Origin: Escherichia coli
GTDB taxonomy: Bacteria; Pseudomonadota; Gammaproteobacteria; Enterobacterales; Enterobacteriaceae
Reading direction: 5' to 3' (one strand)
NCBI RefSeq assembly: GCF_002854065.1
Contig: NZ_CP024147.1
Length of the DNA: 64,000 nt
The notes beneath the pieces are model-generated. The model saw nothing but the letters and a program-made list of their open reading frames with translations. It was not told the origin of the DNA and searched no databases. Below are positions 24,568-34,810 of the stretch, one piece after another; the first letter of the stretch is position 1; every line of letters starts with the position of its first letter. The position numbers and the translations under genes were made by a program.

Positions 24568-26616
24568 TCACACCAGACCGCAAACGGTCAGCAGTAAATC
24601 AATGACTTTGATACCAATAAACGGCACCAGCAGCCCACCCAGACCGTAAATCCATAAGTTACGGCGCAACATGGCAGAAGCGGTAAGCGGTTTATAACTC
24701 ACACCTTTTAACGCCAGAGGAATCAAAAAGACGATAATCAAGGCGTTGAAAATGACCGCACTGAGAATGGCGGAGTCGGGCGAATGAAGGCGCATGATGT
24801 TCAGCGCATTTAACTGCGGATACGTTGCCGCGAACGCCGCCGGAATAATGGCGAAGTATTTCGCCACATCGTTGGCAATGCTGAAGGTGGTCAGCGAGCC
24901 ACGGGTCATCAGCATCTGTTTGCCAATGTGCACCACCTCGATCAACTTGGTCGGGTTAGAGTCGAGATCGACCATATTGCCCGCCTCTTTCGCCGCCTGG
25001 GTGCCAGAGTTCATCGCCACCGCGACATCTGCCTGCGCCAGCGCCGGAGCATCGTTGGTGCCGTCGCCGGTCATCGCTACCAAACGACCTTCCGCCTGAT
25101 ACTGACGAATCAATGCCAGCTTGGCCTCCGGTGTCGCTTCGGCGAGGAAATCATCGACGCCCGCTTCTGCAGCTATCGCAGCGGCAGTCAGACGGTTATC
25201 GCCGGTAATCATCACCGTTTTAATGCCCATTTGGCGCAGTTGCGCGAAGCGTTCTTTAATGCCGCCTTTAATGATATCTTTCAGCGCAATAACGCCCAGC
25301 ACACGAGAACCTTCCACCACCACCAGCGGCGTGGCTCCCTGACGCGCAACCTGATCGACTTTTTGATCAACATCGGCAGGGAAGTGACCACCGTTAGCCT
25401 CAACATGGCGGCGAATGGCATCGACAGAACCTTTACGGATCATGCGGTTGTCGATGTTGATCCCGCTCATCCGGCTTTGCGCAGTAAACGGTACAAAGGT
25501 GGCATGGAGCGACTGCACATCGCGTTCGCGCAGGTTAAAACGTTGCTTGGCGAGGATCACAATACTGCGGCCTTCCGGCGTTTCATCAGCCAGCGAAGCC
25601 AGTTGTGCGGCGTCAGCCAGCATTTTTTCATCCACGCCCTGCGCAGGGATAAACTCCGATGCCTGACGGTTACCGAGTGTGATGGTGCCGGTTTTATCCA
25701 GCAGCAGAACGTCAACGTCACCTGCCGCTTCAACTGCACGTCCGCTGGTGGCAATCACATTCGCGCCCAGCATCCGACTCATCCCGGCGACGCCGATCGC
25801 TGACAACAGGCCGCCAATAGTGGTTGGGATCAGACAGACCAGCAGCGCCACCAGTACCGTTACACTGACTGCATTACCACCCCACGCAGAAAACGGCCAC
25901 AGCGTGGCGGTTGCCAGTAAAAAGACGATAGTCAGGGCAATCAGCAGGATGGTCAGGGCAATCTCGTTCGGCGTTTTACGTCGCTGTGCGCCTTCCACCA
26001 TCGCGATCATCCGATCCAGAAATGTCTCGCCGGGGTTAACGCTACACTCAATCACCAGCCAGTCAGAAAGAATACGCGTGCCGCCGGTGACGGAGGCAAA
26101 ATCGCCGCCGGATTCACGGATAACCGGTGCCGATTCCCCGGTGATGGCGCTTTCATCGACCGATGCACCCCCTTCAATAACTTCACCATCGCAGGGGATA
26201 ATATCGCCAGCTTCTACTAGCACGATGTCACCTTTGCGCAGTTGATCGGCGGGAACTTTGTCCGCCGCAGCGCCATATTTCGGTTCGCGCAGCTTGCGGG
26301 CAAAGGCAGTTTTTTTCACCCCTTTCAGACTGTTGGCCTGCGCTTTACTGCGGCCTTCTGCCAGCGCCTCGGCGAAATTAGCGAACAGTACGGTGATCCA
26401 CAGCCAACCGCTAATGGCTGCGCTAAACAGCGCAATGCCGGGCATCGCACCGCTTGCCATCGCGATGCTAATACAGGTGGTCAGCAGACTGCCGATCCAG
26501 ACGATAAACATCACCGGATTGCGCCATTGCGCCTGCGGGTTTAATTTTTTCACCGCTTCTTTCAGCGCCTGAACGACAAGTGTTGGTTCGAATAGCGCCA
26601 GTTGTTTACGACTCAT
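24568..26616 (-). CDS. kdpB: K+-transporting P-type ATPase subunit B
   Basis: 682-aa ORF with P-type ATPase DKTGTIT phosphorylation motif. Confidence 0.95.
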   Translation of the reverse strand: MSRKQLALFEPTLVVQALKEAVKKLNPQAQWRNPVMFIVWIGSLLTTCISIAMASGAMPGIALFSAAISGWLWITVLFANFAEALAEGRSKAQANSLKGVKKTAFARKLREPKYGAAADKVPADQLRKGDIVLVEAGDIIPCDGEVIEGGASVDESAITGESAPVIRESGGDFASVTGGTRILSDWLVIECSVNPGETFLDRMIAMVEGAQRRKTPNEIALTILLIALTIVFLLATATLWPFSAWGGNAVSVTVLVALLVCLIPTTIGGLLSAIGVAGMSRMLGANVIATSGRAVEAAGDVDVLLLDKTGTITLGNRQASEFIPAQGVDEKMLADAAQLASLADETPEGRSIVILAKQRFNLRERDVQSLHATFVPFTAQSRMSGINIDNRMIRKGSVDAIRRHVEANGGHFPADVDQKVDQVARQGATPLVVVEGSRVLGVIALKDIIKGGIKERFAQLRQMGIKTVMITGDNRLTAAAIAAEAGVDDFLAEATPEAKLALIRQYQAEGRLVAMTGDGTNDAPALAQADVAVAMNSGTQAAKEAGNMVDLDSNPTKLIEVVHIGKQMLMTRGSLTTFSIANDVAKYFAIIPAAFAATYPQLNALNIMRLHSPDSAILSAVIFNALIIVFLIPLALKGVSYKPLTASAMLRRNLWIYGLGGLLVPFIGIKVIDLLLTVCGLV

Positions 26617-26638
26617 ATTCAGTGCTCACTCAATATCA

Positions 26639-28312
26639 TCAGGAGAGATATTCCGCCACCGGACCAAGCGCCAGGGCAGGGATAAAGGTCAGTGCGCCAA
26701 CCAGCAACACGGTGCCGATTAACAGGCCAACAAACAGCGGGCCGTGCGTTGGCAGCGTGCCGGAGCTGGCGGGTTGGCTCTTTTTACTCACCAGCGAACC
26801 GGCAATTGCCATCACCGGGATAATCACCCCGAAGCGACCGACAAACATGCAGAACGCCAGTAAACAGTTCCAGAACGGAGAGTTGGCGCTTAATCCGGCA
26901 AAGGCGCTGCCGTTGTTGTTAGCGGCGGATGACACGGCGTACAGCACTTCGCTAAAACCATGCGGGCCAGGGTTGAGCATGGCGCTACGTCCGGCGTCGG
27001 TCATCATTGCCAGCGCCGCGCCCATCAGCACCAGCGTCGGGGTGACCAGAATCGCCAGTGCAGTCAGTTTCATCTCACGTACGTCGATTTTTTTACCCAG
27101 ATATTCCGGTGTACGACCAATCATCAGCCCGGCAATAAACACCGCCAGCAGGACAAACAGCATCATGCCGTAAAGACCAGAACCGACACCGCCGAATACC
27201 ACTTCACCAATTTGCATCAGCCACATCGGCACCATGCCACCGAGAGCGGTAAACGAATCATGCATCGCAATCACCGCGCCACAGGACGCCGCCGTAGTCA
27301 CGACCGCAAACAGGCTACTGACCAGCACGCCGAAACGGCTCTCTTTACCTTCCATATTGATGCTGCTGTCCGCACCCAGCGCCAGCAGATGAGGATTACC
27401 CTGAACTTCTGCCCACATCACCACGCCTACGCAGATGACAAAAATCACTGACATCGCCCACAGCAACATGCGCCCCTGGCGGCGATCGCCCGTCACTTCA
27501 CCAAAGGCAAAGCACAGCGCTGTTGGGATCAAGAAGATCGCCAGCATCTGCACGAAGTTGGTCAGTGCGGTTGGGTTTTCAAACGGATGCGACGAGTTGG
27601 CATTAAAGAAACCACCGCCGTTAGTGCCGAGCATCTTGATCGCTTCCTGAGAAGCCACCGGACCCATTGGTAACAGCTGTTGCGCTCCTTCAACGGTATT
27701 CACCGCCTGATAAGGCTGAAAGTTTTGCAGTGCACCTTGTTGAATAAAAAACAGTGCGATCAACAACGCCACAGGGACTAGCACCCATAACGTGATGCGT
27801 AGCAGATCGACCCAGGCATTCCCGAGTGTGCTCATGCTCTGGCGGGTAAATGCACGGATGAAGGCAAAAATCACCGCAATCCCGCTGGCGGCAGAAAGAA
27901 AGTTTTGCACCGTTAAGCCCGCCATCTGGCTGAAATAGCTCAACGTGGTTTCACCGCTATAAGATTGCCAGTTGGTATTCGTGACAAAGCTGACGGCGGT
28001 ATTCAGCGCCAGATCCCACGACAGCCCCGGCAACTGCTGTGGATTAAGCGGCAGATAGTGCTGACCGAGCAACATAAAAAACAGCACCGCAAGCCCCAGC
28101 ATGTTCAGGCCGAGAATGGCTGAGAGATACTGCTTCCAGTTCATCTCATGGTTAGAGACGCCAGGTAAACGAAAGAGTATACGTTCAACGCCCGCTGTAC
28201 CGGGAAGAGGAATATCATTAATCAACCGTGCCAGCCCGCTACCTAAGGGACGCGCCAGCACCATCAGCACCAGTAAAAACGTGGCGATCAATAAGAACCC
28301 TTGCGCAGCCAT
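26639..28312 (-). CDS. kdpA: K+-transporting ATPase subunit A
   Basis: 557-aa product from [18 protein letters not shown]; start codon overlaps the kdpF stop (ATGA). Confidence 0.93.
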   Translation of the reverse strand: MAAQGFLLIATFLLVLMVLARPLGSGLARLINDIPLPGTAGVERILFRLPGVSNHEMNWKQYLSAILGLNMLGLAVLFFMLLGQHYLPLNPQQLPGLSWDLALNTAVSFVTNTNWQSYSGETTLSYFSQMAGLTVQNFLSAASGIAVIFAFIRAFTRQSMSTLGNAWVDLLRITLWVLVPVALLIALFFIQQGALQNFQPYQAVNTVEGAQQLLPMGPVASQEAIKMLGTNGGGFFNANSSHPFENPTALTNFVQMLAIFLIPTALCFAFGEVTGDRRQGRMLLWAMSVIFVICVGVVMWAEVQGNPHLLALGADSSINMEGKESRFGVLVSSLFAVVTTAASCGAVIAMHDSFTALGGMVPMWLMQIGEVVFGGVGSGLYGMMLFVLLAVFIAGLMIGRTPEYLGKKIDVREMKLTALAILVTPTLVLMGAALAMMTDAGRSAMLNPGPHGFSEVLYAVSSAANNNGSAFAGLSANSPFWNCLLAFCMFVGRFGVIIPVMAIAGSLVSKKSQPASSGTLPTHGPLFVGLLIGTVLLVGALTFIPALALGPVAEYLS

Positions 28313-28401
28313 CAGAACGCCTCCGCATTGATCAGGGCATAAACCAGATAACCCAGTAATAAAAACACCAGCAACACGCCGGCTATCACGCCTGCACTCA
28401 C
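28312..28401 (-). CDS. kdpF: K+-transporting ATPase small subunit F
   Basis: 29-codon hydrophobic peptide (V/M)[28 protein letters not shown] from a GTG start preceded by GGAGG. Confidence 0.8.
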   Translation of the reverse strand: MSAGVIAGVLLVFLLLGYLVYALINAEAF

Positions 28402-28480
28402 AGTGCACCTCCAGTGGCCTAAAAGTGATACCGGAAGGGTAGAATTTTGGCTGCAAAGATTTCGCAAAAATCTGCGGACG

Positions 28481-28504
28481 GGGTGTAAAAAAAGTATAAA
28501 AATG
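28481..28504 (-). promoter_or_regulatory. KdpE-binding site of the kdpFABC promoter
   Basis: Reverse complement reads CATTTTTATACTTTTTTTACACCC, matching my recollection of the published KdpE operator, about 80 bp upstream of kdpF. Confidence 0.65.
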
Positions 28505-28713
28505 GCAAAAGCCATGATTTAACTAATGTTTAGTATTAATTTAACTTTTGTGTAACTTAATTACAGGGTCAATGTAAATAAACCATCAATAAGCAAAAAT
28601 AAGTGGTCGGATGAGTAGTAAAATTACACAAAAGGCGGTACTATTTTCATCAGATAAACAAATTCATTTTTCCGGTGCTATTCACCGGGTAGATACAAAA
28701 GGGGGAGAAAAGT

Positions 28714-28920
28714 ATGGAACTCTACAGAGAATATCCTGCATGGCTTATCTTTTTACGCCGTACTTATGCGGTTGCAGCGGGCGTTCTGACGCTGCCTTTC
28801 ATGCTTTTCTGGAAAGACCGCGCCCGCTTTTACAGCTACCTGCACCGCGTCTGGTCGAAAACCAGCGACAAACCGGTGTGGATGGATCAGGCCGAAAAGG
28901 CAACCGGTGATTTTTACTGA
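28714..28920 (+). CDS. ybfA: small inner-membrane protein YbfA (DUF2517)
   Basis: 68-aa [45 protein letters not shown]... Confidence 0.85.
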   Translation: MELYREYPAWLIFLRRTYAVAAGVLTLPFMLFWKDRARFYSYLHRVWSKTSDKPVWMDQAEKATGDFY

Positions 28921-28935
28921 TTGCCTGCGCGCTTA

Positions 28936-28964
28936 AGCCAGCCTCGTATCAGGGGGCTGGTTTA
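28936..28964 (+). terminator. putative ybfA terminator
   Basis: ccagcc...ggctgg hairpin followed by TTT...TTTT. Confidence 0.4.
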
Positions 28965-28977
28965 TGTGTTTTACATC

Positions 28978-29011
28978 AACGTCTTCCATGATAATTAACA
29001 TGGAAGACGTT
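28978..29011. repeat. perfect 13-bp inverted repeat with 8-nt spacer, flanked by direct repeats TTACATC
   Basis: aacgtcttccatg-ataattaa-catggaagacgtt read directly; ttacatc on both sides. Confidence 0.6.
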
Positions 29012-29704
29012 TACATCGTGTTATTCATTTCATCACTGTTTTAGCATCAAGTTTCGATAGTATCCTTTTAAAGGGCGGCTCAGGATGCGGTCGCCTCCAT
29101 TGTTGCTCTAAGCAACTATGTCGTCAGAAATCTTCAGTTAGGTTGCATACTCCATTACACACTTTCCTGAAACCTCAGGGGAAGGTGAGAAAGCCCCTGT
29201 CACTTTTGCTCATTCCAGCATCTAAATAAATTCCGAATTTTGCTATTAACATCGCTACCGCAAGAAAAGCAGATAGTAAAGAGAGTAATATATACTTTAT
29301 TGATATATTAAGAATAATTAATTGTTAACATATCTAATGCAATAAGATGTGTTGTTGTTAATAAAAAGCTTATAGATTTATAGTTAATAATTAAAACGCA
29401 TCCGATATTTCAGCTTTTTCTATGCAAGATACAATTTTATAAGGTGTCCATTTTTATATGGAGGCGGTAGCGTGTCTGTTACTAGTGGTTTTATTTGCAT
29501 GGTGAATATATTGGGATTGTTAAATGCATAACGATGTATCCGTTCTGGTCGTTGTAAACATTGCTAATTGCTTAATATTATTAGTGATTATGGCTGGAAA
29601 GATAAAATGTGTGATAAACGGTGATGGATATCACCTTCATGACTAAAAAATAAATAAAAACCCATCAATAAATAATTCATTTATTAAAAAGGACTCATAC
29701 CAGT

Positions 29705-30157
29705 ATGACGGAGTATTATCTCAATGAAACTGTTGTAACTTTTCCCGGGAATATTATTCAGGACAGTACGATTAATATGCTGCGCCTCAGCGATCCCGAC
29801 GCTGCACTCATTATCAGTCGGGGCCAGATGCAGGAAGGAGACGAATTAGCCTCCCAGATTGAACAGCAAATGAAAAAACTGGAGAAACAGGTAAAGGATC
29901 TTCACTACACGCCAGTTCAGGTAACACGGGTAGGGATTAATGACGGTGAACAAGGGCTGGAAATACAGAGCCAGTTTCTCCGGGGTAACGAGCAGGTGTA
30001 CCAGTGTCAGGTGGCATTTGTATTGCCGGGTGAGCGGGTCATGATGGCCTTCACCTACGCCAGAACCACACCGCTGACCCCGGCAGATATGACGCGCTGG
30101 GCTGAAATTAAAAAGAATCTGCGCTTCAGGATGCGGCAGGAAGCCAGGACGAATTAA
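29705..30157 (+). CDS. Eag-family (DUF1795) chaperone for a prePAAR effector, EagR-like
   Basis: 150-aa ORF MTEYYLNETVVTFPGNIIQDSTINML... immediately upstream (18-bp gap) of an Rhs gene that carries a prePAAR motif and TM regions; size, position and N-terminal pattern fit Eag chaperones. Confidence 0.6.
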   Translation: MTEYYLNETVVTFPGNIIQDSTINMLRLSDPDAALIISRGQMQEGDELASQIEQQMKKLEKQVKDLHYTPVQVTRVGINDGEQGLEIQSQFLRGNEQVYQCQVAFVLPGERVMMAFTYARTTPLTPADMTRWAEIKKNLRFRMRQEARTN

Positions 30158-30175
30158 TCATACAGGGAACGGGAC

Positions 30176-33100
30176 ATGGAAGAGGCATTCTGGGCGGCAA
30201 GACAGGGTGATGCCCTGCTGCATACGTCGTTTATGGCAGATGTGCTGGGGGCGGTGCTGGAGGTGGCCGCAAATGTCGTTATTGATGCTCTCATTGTCGG
30301 CACAACCTCGTTACTGGCGGCGTCAGTGGGGTTCACGATGGGGTGCACGGCCGTCGTGCTGACCGGTTTTGTGGCGGGTGTGGCGATGGTGTACACCGGC
30401 GTGACAGAAAAGGTCAGCGAAGCCTGTTCAGCCCTCGCAGATATGCTTTTCCCGCCTCAGATTGAAGGTTACATCCTCACCGGCTCTGGTGACACATGGA
30501 TCAACAGCAAACCTGCCGCGCGGGCAGCGGCGACTGCGGCATCGCGGCAGGACATTGAGGCGCAGGAGGCGCAGTCGAAGGCGGAACAGGAAGAAGCGCA
30601 GCGTCAGGAGGATGCCAGAACGTTCCGGGATGTGGCCGGGGAATATCTGGAAATGGCGGGGGCCATAGCCCTGGCGGTTAACCCGGTGACAGGGCCTGTG
30701 CTGATGTCCCGGGCGCTGCACGACCAGCTCAGTACGGAAGAAGGGCGTTCTGAAATGGTGGATGGCGTGACACATTTTGTGTCGGAACTATGGCAGCCCA
30801 CTGTGGCCAGTGCGGCCCCGGGCTCCACCCCGACCCCTGACGATAAAATCGACTGCCATAAACATCCTTCCTCACTGACGCAGTTTCTCGCACAAAAAAA
30901 AGCTGCCTTTCTGGATGACCCCCTGGGAACGGCCCTTAACCTGCTGAGTCCGGACGGTATGCTGGAAACCGCCTTTCAGGGAGTGAATGCGGTTATTGGC
31001 AGCATCAGTAATCTGTTCAAAGGCGATGACGAGCCGCCCGCAGCGGAATATATCGCGGAAGGCGCGCGGGATGTGCGTATCAACAGCCAGCCGGCGGCAC
31101 GCAGCGGGGCACGCTGTACCTGCGAGGCCAGGGTGGTGAATGAGCCGGGGAACGGGGCGTTTGTGTCACCGGATGTGCGCATTGGCGGTCCGTTACTGGT
31201 GGTCAGGGATATCAGAAGCGGCAGGTCGCAGATAACCCTGGTGGCAACTGTGGCGCTGATGTTTCTTCGCCCGGGCAAAATGCTTTCTAAAATCGCCTGT
31301 TTTGCTGCCAGTGTCGGGATGAGCATGCTGGCGCAGAAGGCCACCAGAGCCCTTCCGCATCCGGTCAATGCCGCCACCGGGGCCAAATACCTTGCCGATG
31401 ACGATGACTTCGATTTCAGTCTGCCGGGCCACTTTCCGCTGGACTGGCAGCGCGTGTACAGCAGTCGTGACGAACGCACGGAAGGAATGTTTGGTCAGGG
31501 CTGGAGTGTGATGTATGAAGTCAGCCTGGTGCGCACACCGGGTAACGCGGACGAAAACTGCATGACCTTTGTGTCGGGCATGGGGCGACGCCTGGATATG
31601 GAAGCCGTGCTGCCGGGGAGCGGGTTTTACAGCCCCGGCGAAGGACTGGCAGTCCGGCGTGGTGAGCAGGGGCACTGGCTTATCAGCAGCGATGATGGAC
31701 AGTTTTTTCTGTTTGAAGCCGACCCGCACAACCCGCAGCGCCAGCGGCTGAAAATGCTGGGCGACCGTAACAGCAACTGTCTGAATCTGTACTACGACGA
31801 CCGGGGACGTATCACTGAAATCAGCGGCGAACAGCAGCGTCCGTGCATCCGTCTGTATTACGAACTGGCGGCGCATCCCCGGCGGATGACACAGATTTAT
31901 CAGCATTTCCCTGAGACTGCACCTTTACTGCTGCGTCGTTACAGCTATGACGAGGCCGGCCACCTGAACGGCGTGTACGACAGCACGGGGCACCTGCTGC
32001 GTGAGTTTGCTTACGACGAAAACCACTGCATGACGCTGCACCGCCAGCCGGGCGGCGAAGGGTATTATTACCAGTGGGGCTGGTATGACGGTCCGGATGA
32101 TGCGGCGTGGCGGGTAACGGGGCACCACACGGACAGCGGTGAACAGTACCGGCTGGCGTGGGACCTGGCGCAGCGCAGGCTGTGCGTGACGGACGGACTG
32201 GGGCGCACGCGTTATCACCAGTGGGATGCGCAGAATCAGGTGACGGCGTACCAGGACGAAGCCGGACAGGTGACGACATTCCGCTGGAGCGACGAAGAAC
32301 GACTGTTGCTGGGGATGACCGACCCTCAGGGCGGCAAATGGCGCTATGTGTATGACCGGCAGGGGCATATCACGGAGACGCACGACCCGCTGGGGCGGGT
32401 GGCGCAGGCGCAGTGGCACCCGGTGTGGCACCAGCCGGAAACGGAGGTGGACGCGGCGGGAAACAGCTGGCGCTGTGTGTACGATGAACGCGGCAACCTT
32501 CTTGCCGTGACCGACCCGCTGCAGCAGAACACCCGGTATCAGTATGACCACCACGGCCAGGTGGTGCAGATAACGGATGTCCGTGGGGGGAATAAATACC
32601 TTCAGTGGAACGAAGACGGGCAGCTCATGCGGCATACGGACTGTTCCGGCTCGCAGACGGCCTGGTTCTACGACGAACGCACGCGGCTGATACGGATGAC
32701 AGACGCGCAGAGCCACAGCACGCGCTACGGGTATGACGACAGCGGTCATCTGACGGAGGTGATACTGGCGGACGGCCGCACGGTGAATTACCAGTCAGAC
32801 GCGGCGGGCAGGCTGGTGAAGTACACCAGCCCGATGGGGAGGATAACGCGCTGGCAGCGGGACGGGCAGGGCCGGGTGCGCAGCCGGACGGACGCGATGG
32901 GGCGCAGGACGGCGTTCGGGTACGACGCTTACGGGCGTCTGGTCACGCTCACGAACGAGAACGGAGAACGCTACCGGTTCCGCCATGATGTGCTGGACCG
33001 TCTGGCGGAGCAGATAAACCCGGACGGCTGCCGCCAGTCGTACCGCTACAACGCGCTGAACGCGGTCACGGAAGTGGTGTTCACCGGGGACCGGGGCGGT

Positions 33101-34810
33101 GAAATCCGCCACCGGCTGGCGCGTGATGCGGCGGGCCGGCTCACGGCAAAGGAGACAGCCGATGGCCGTACGGAATACGTCCATGATGCGGCTGACCGGC
33201 TACTGGAAATCCGCCGCCGGCGGTCGGATGCCGGGGAAACGGACGCCCCGGAGATTATCCGCTTCAGCTACGACAGACTGGGGCGGATGCTGAGCGAGGA
33301 GACGGCGCAGGGCATCCTGACCCACCAGTACGATGAACTGGGCAACCGGACTGCCACCACCTTTCCGGACGGCAGAACGCAGCGCCATCTGTACTACGGC
33401 AGCGGCCATCTCCAGCAGATAAATCTGGACCGGGAAGTCATCAGCGAGTTCACGCGCGACCACCTGCACCGTGAAGTGCTCAGAAGCCAGGGGCGACTGA
33501 GCACGCGGCAGCTTTACGACCCCGGCGGGCGGCTGAAGCGCAGGGAGACATACAGCGGGATGCGCGGGGTGGTACCGGAGACGTTCACGGACCGGCAGTA
33601 CAGCTACAGTGGCGAGGATGAACTGCTGAAGACGCGGCACAGCCGGCGGGGGGAAACGGATTACTTCTACGACCCCACGGGGCGCATCACGGCGTGTCGT
33701 TCGGAGGATGAGGGGTATCTGGCGAGCTGGCAGTACGACGCGGCGGGAAACCTGCTGGGGAGGCGCGCGGGGGAAAGGGCCACGGCAGAAAACAGCGTGG
33801 TGCCGTTCAACCGGCTGATGTCTTACCGTGGTGTGCACTACCGTTATGACGAATTTGGCCGTGCGGTGGAAAAGGAGGGCCGGAGCGGAACGCAGAGTTA
33901 CCGTTATGATGCGGAACACCGGATGGTGGAAGTGACGACAGCGCGGGGGACATACCGGTATGTGTACGATGCGCTGGGGAGGCGGACGGAAAAACAGCAC
34001 ATCAGCCCTGACGGAAAACCGTACAACCGGACAAAATTTTTATGGGACGGGATGCGGCTGGCGCAGGAGAGCAGGCCGGAGGGGACAGGCAGCCTGTATA
34101 TCTACAGGGACCAGGGGAGTTATGAACCGCTGGCGCGGGTGGATAAGGCGGGGAAAGAGGGACCGAACCGGATACTGTATTTTCACACGGATGTGAACGG
34201 CGCGCCGGAAGAGATGACGGACAGTGACGGGAAAATCGTGTGGGAGACGGGGTATCAGGTCTGGGGTAACACGATACAGGAGAAGGACCACGGCAGGGTG
34301 GAGCAGAACCTGCGCTACCAGGGACAGTACCTCGACAGGGAAACGGGGCTGCACTACAATCTGCACAGGTACTATGATCCGGATGTCGGGCGGTTCATGG
34401 TAACGGATCCGATAGGGCTGCTTGGTGGATTAAACTTATACCAATATGCACCGAATCCGTTGGGGTGGATCGACCCGTTAGGTTTAAAGTGTGGGCAACC
34501 TGAATGGACAAATCATGGATACAAACATTTTCCTCCAAAAAACAAATCATGGAAGGATATAATTAAATCAACAAAATCAGGCCCGGCAAAATATTCTCCC
34601 GATATTGATATTAAAACGCTGGAATACGATGTTTTTAATACAGGCACACCTGTTACCAACGGTAAACCATGGAAAGTAAAAGATATGGGGAAAGTTATTG
34701 GGGCCAGTGAGGGTAAAGAATCTCAATGGGTTCGAGTTGAACTTAGCGGTGGGACAATACATGGACATCCCATATCACTTGATGAATTCCGAAGGCTAAC
34801 AACACCATGA
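30176..34810 (+). CDS. Rhs-family polymorphic toxin, class II prePAAR type VI secretion effector architecture
   Basis: 1544-aa ORF: prePAAR motif AARQGDALLH (aa 7-16), hydrophobic TM region 1 (aa ~20-76), split PAAR-like segments (INSKPAAR, INSQPAARSGARCTC), TM region 2 (aa ~349-390), long YD/RHS repeat core (YDxxGRL repeats), C-terminal PxxxxDPIGLxGGxNxYxYxxNPLGWIDPLGL boundary, then a short variable tip. Confidence 0.9.
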   Translation: MEEAFWAARQGDALLHTSFMADVLGAVLEVAANVVIDALIVGTTSLLAASVGFTMGCTAVVLTGFVAGVAMVYTGVTEKVSEACSALADMLFPPQIEGYILTGSGDTWINSKPAARAAATAASRQDIEAQEAQSKAEQEEAQRQEDARTFRDVAGEYLEMAGAIALAVNPVTGPVLMSRALHDQLSTEEGRSEMVDGVTHFVSELWQPTVASAAPGSTPTPDDKIDCHKHPSSLTQFLAQKKAAFLDDPLGTALNLLSPDGMLETAFQGVNAVIGSISNLFKGDDEPPAAEYIAEGARDVRINSQPAARSGARCTCEARVVNEPGNGAFVSPDVRIGGPLLVVRDIRSGRSQITLVATVALMFLRPGKMLSKIACFAASVGMSMLAQKATRALPHPVNAATGAKYLADDDDFDFSLPGHFPLDWQRVYSSRDERTEGMFGQGWSVMYEVSLVRTPGNADENCMTFVSGMGRRLDMEAVLPGSGFYSPGEGLAVRRGEQGHWLISSDDGQFFLFEADPHNPQRQRLKMLGDRNSNCLNLYYDDRGRITEISGEQQRPCIRLYYELAAHPRRMTQIYQHFPETAPLLLRRYSYDEAGHLNGVYDSTGHLLREFAYDENHCMTLHRQPGGEGYYYQWGWYDGPDDAAWRVTGHHTDSGEQYRLAWDLAQRRLCVTDGLGRTRYHQWDAQNQVTAYQDEAGQVTTFRWSDEERLLLGMTDPQGGKWRYVYDRQGHITETHDPLGRVAQAQWHPVWHQPETEVDAAGNSWRCVYDERGNLLAVTDPLQQNTRYQYDHHGQVVQITDVRGGNKYLQWNEDGQLMRHTDCSGSQTAWFYDERTRLIRMTDAQSHSTRYGYDDSGHLTEVILADGRTVNYQSDAAGRLVKYTSPMGRITRWQRDGQGRVRSRTDAMGRRTAFGYDAYGRLVTLTNENGERYRFRHDVLDRLAEQINPDGCRQSYRYNALNAVTEVVFTGDRGGEIRHRLARDAAGRLTAKETADGRTEYVHDAADRLLEIRRRRSDAGETDAPEIIRFSYDRLGRMLSEETAQGILTHQYDELGNRTATTFPDGRTQRHLYYGSGHLQQINLDREVISEFTRDHLHREVLRSQGRLSTRQLYDPGGRLKRRETYSGMRGVVPETFTDRQYSYSGEDELLKTRHSRRGETDYFYDPTGRITACRSEDEGYLASWQYDAAGNLLGRRAGERATAENSVVPFNRLMSYRGVHYRYDEFGRAVEKEGRSGTQSYRYDAEHRMVEVTTARGTYRYVYDALGRRTEKQHISPDGKPYNRTKFLWDGMRLAQESRPEGTGSLYIYRDQGSYEPLARVDKAGKEGPNRILYFHTDVNGAPEEMTDSDGKIVWETGYQVWGNTIQEKDHGRVEQNLRYQGQYLDRETGLHYNLHRYYDPDVGRFMVTDPIGLLGGLNLYQYAPNPLGWIDPLGLKCGQPEWTNHGYKHFPPKNKSWKDIIKSTKSGPAKYSPDIDIKTLEYDVFNTGTPVTNGKPWKVKDMGKVIGASEGKESQWVRVELSGGTIHGHPISLDEFRRLTTP
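30194..30223 (+). other. prePAAR motif (AARxxDxxxH)
   Basis: Codons 7-16 encode AARQGDALLH. Confidence 0.7.
34487..34810 (+). other. Rhs C-terminal polymorphic toxin domain (family not recognised)
   Basis: 107 codons after DPLGL: KCGQPEWTNHGYKHFPPKNKSWKDIIKSTKSGPAKYSPDIDIKTLEYDVFNTGTPVTNGKPWKVKDMGKVIGASEGKESQWVRVELSGGTIHGHPISLDEFRRLTTP; abrupt drop in GC relative to the Rhs core. Confidence 0.7.

Noticed and set aside
28611-28910. 99-aa plus-strand ORF overlapping ybfA in another frame
   Set aside because: ybfA (28714-28920) is the conserved product; the alternative frame has no recognisable features.
31193-34000. Several reverse-strand ORFs of 230-270 aa inside the Rhs gene (31193-31906, 31925-32749, 33200-34000)
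   Set aside because: They are antisense to the GC-rich YD-repeat core, Arg/Pro/Ala-rich, and have no start context; a GC-content artefact.
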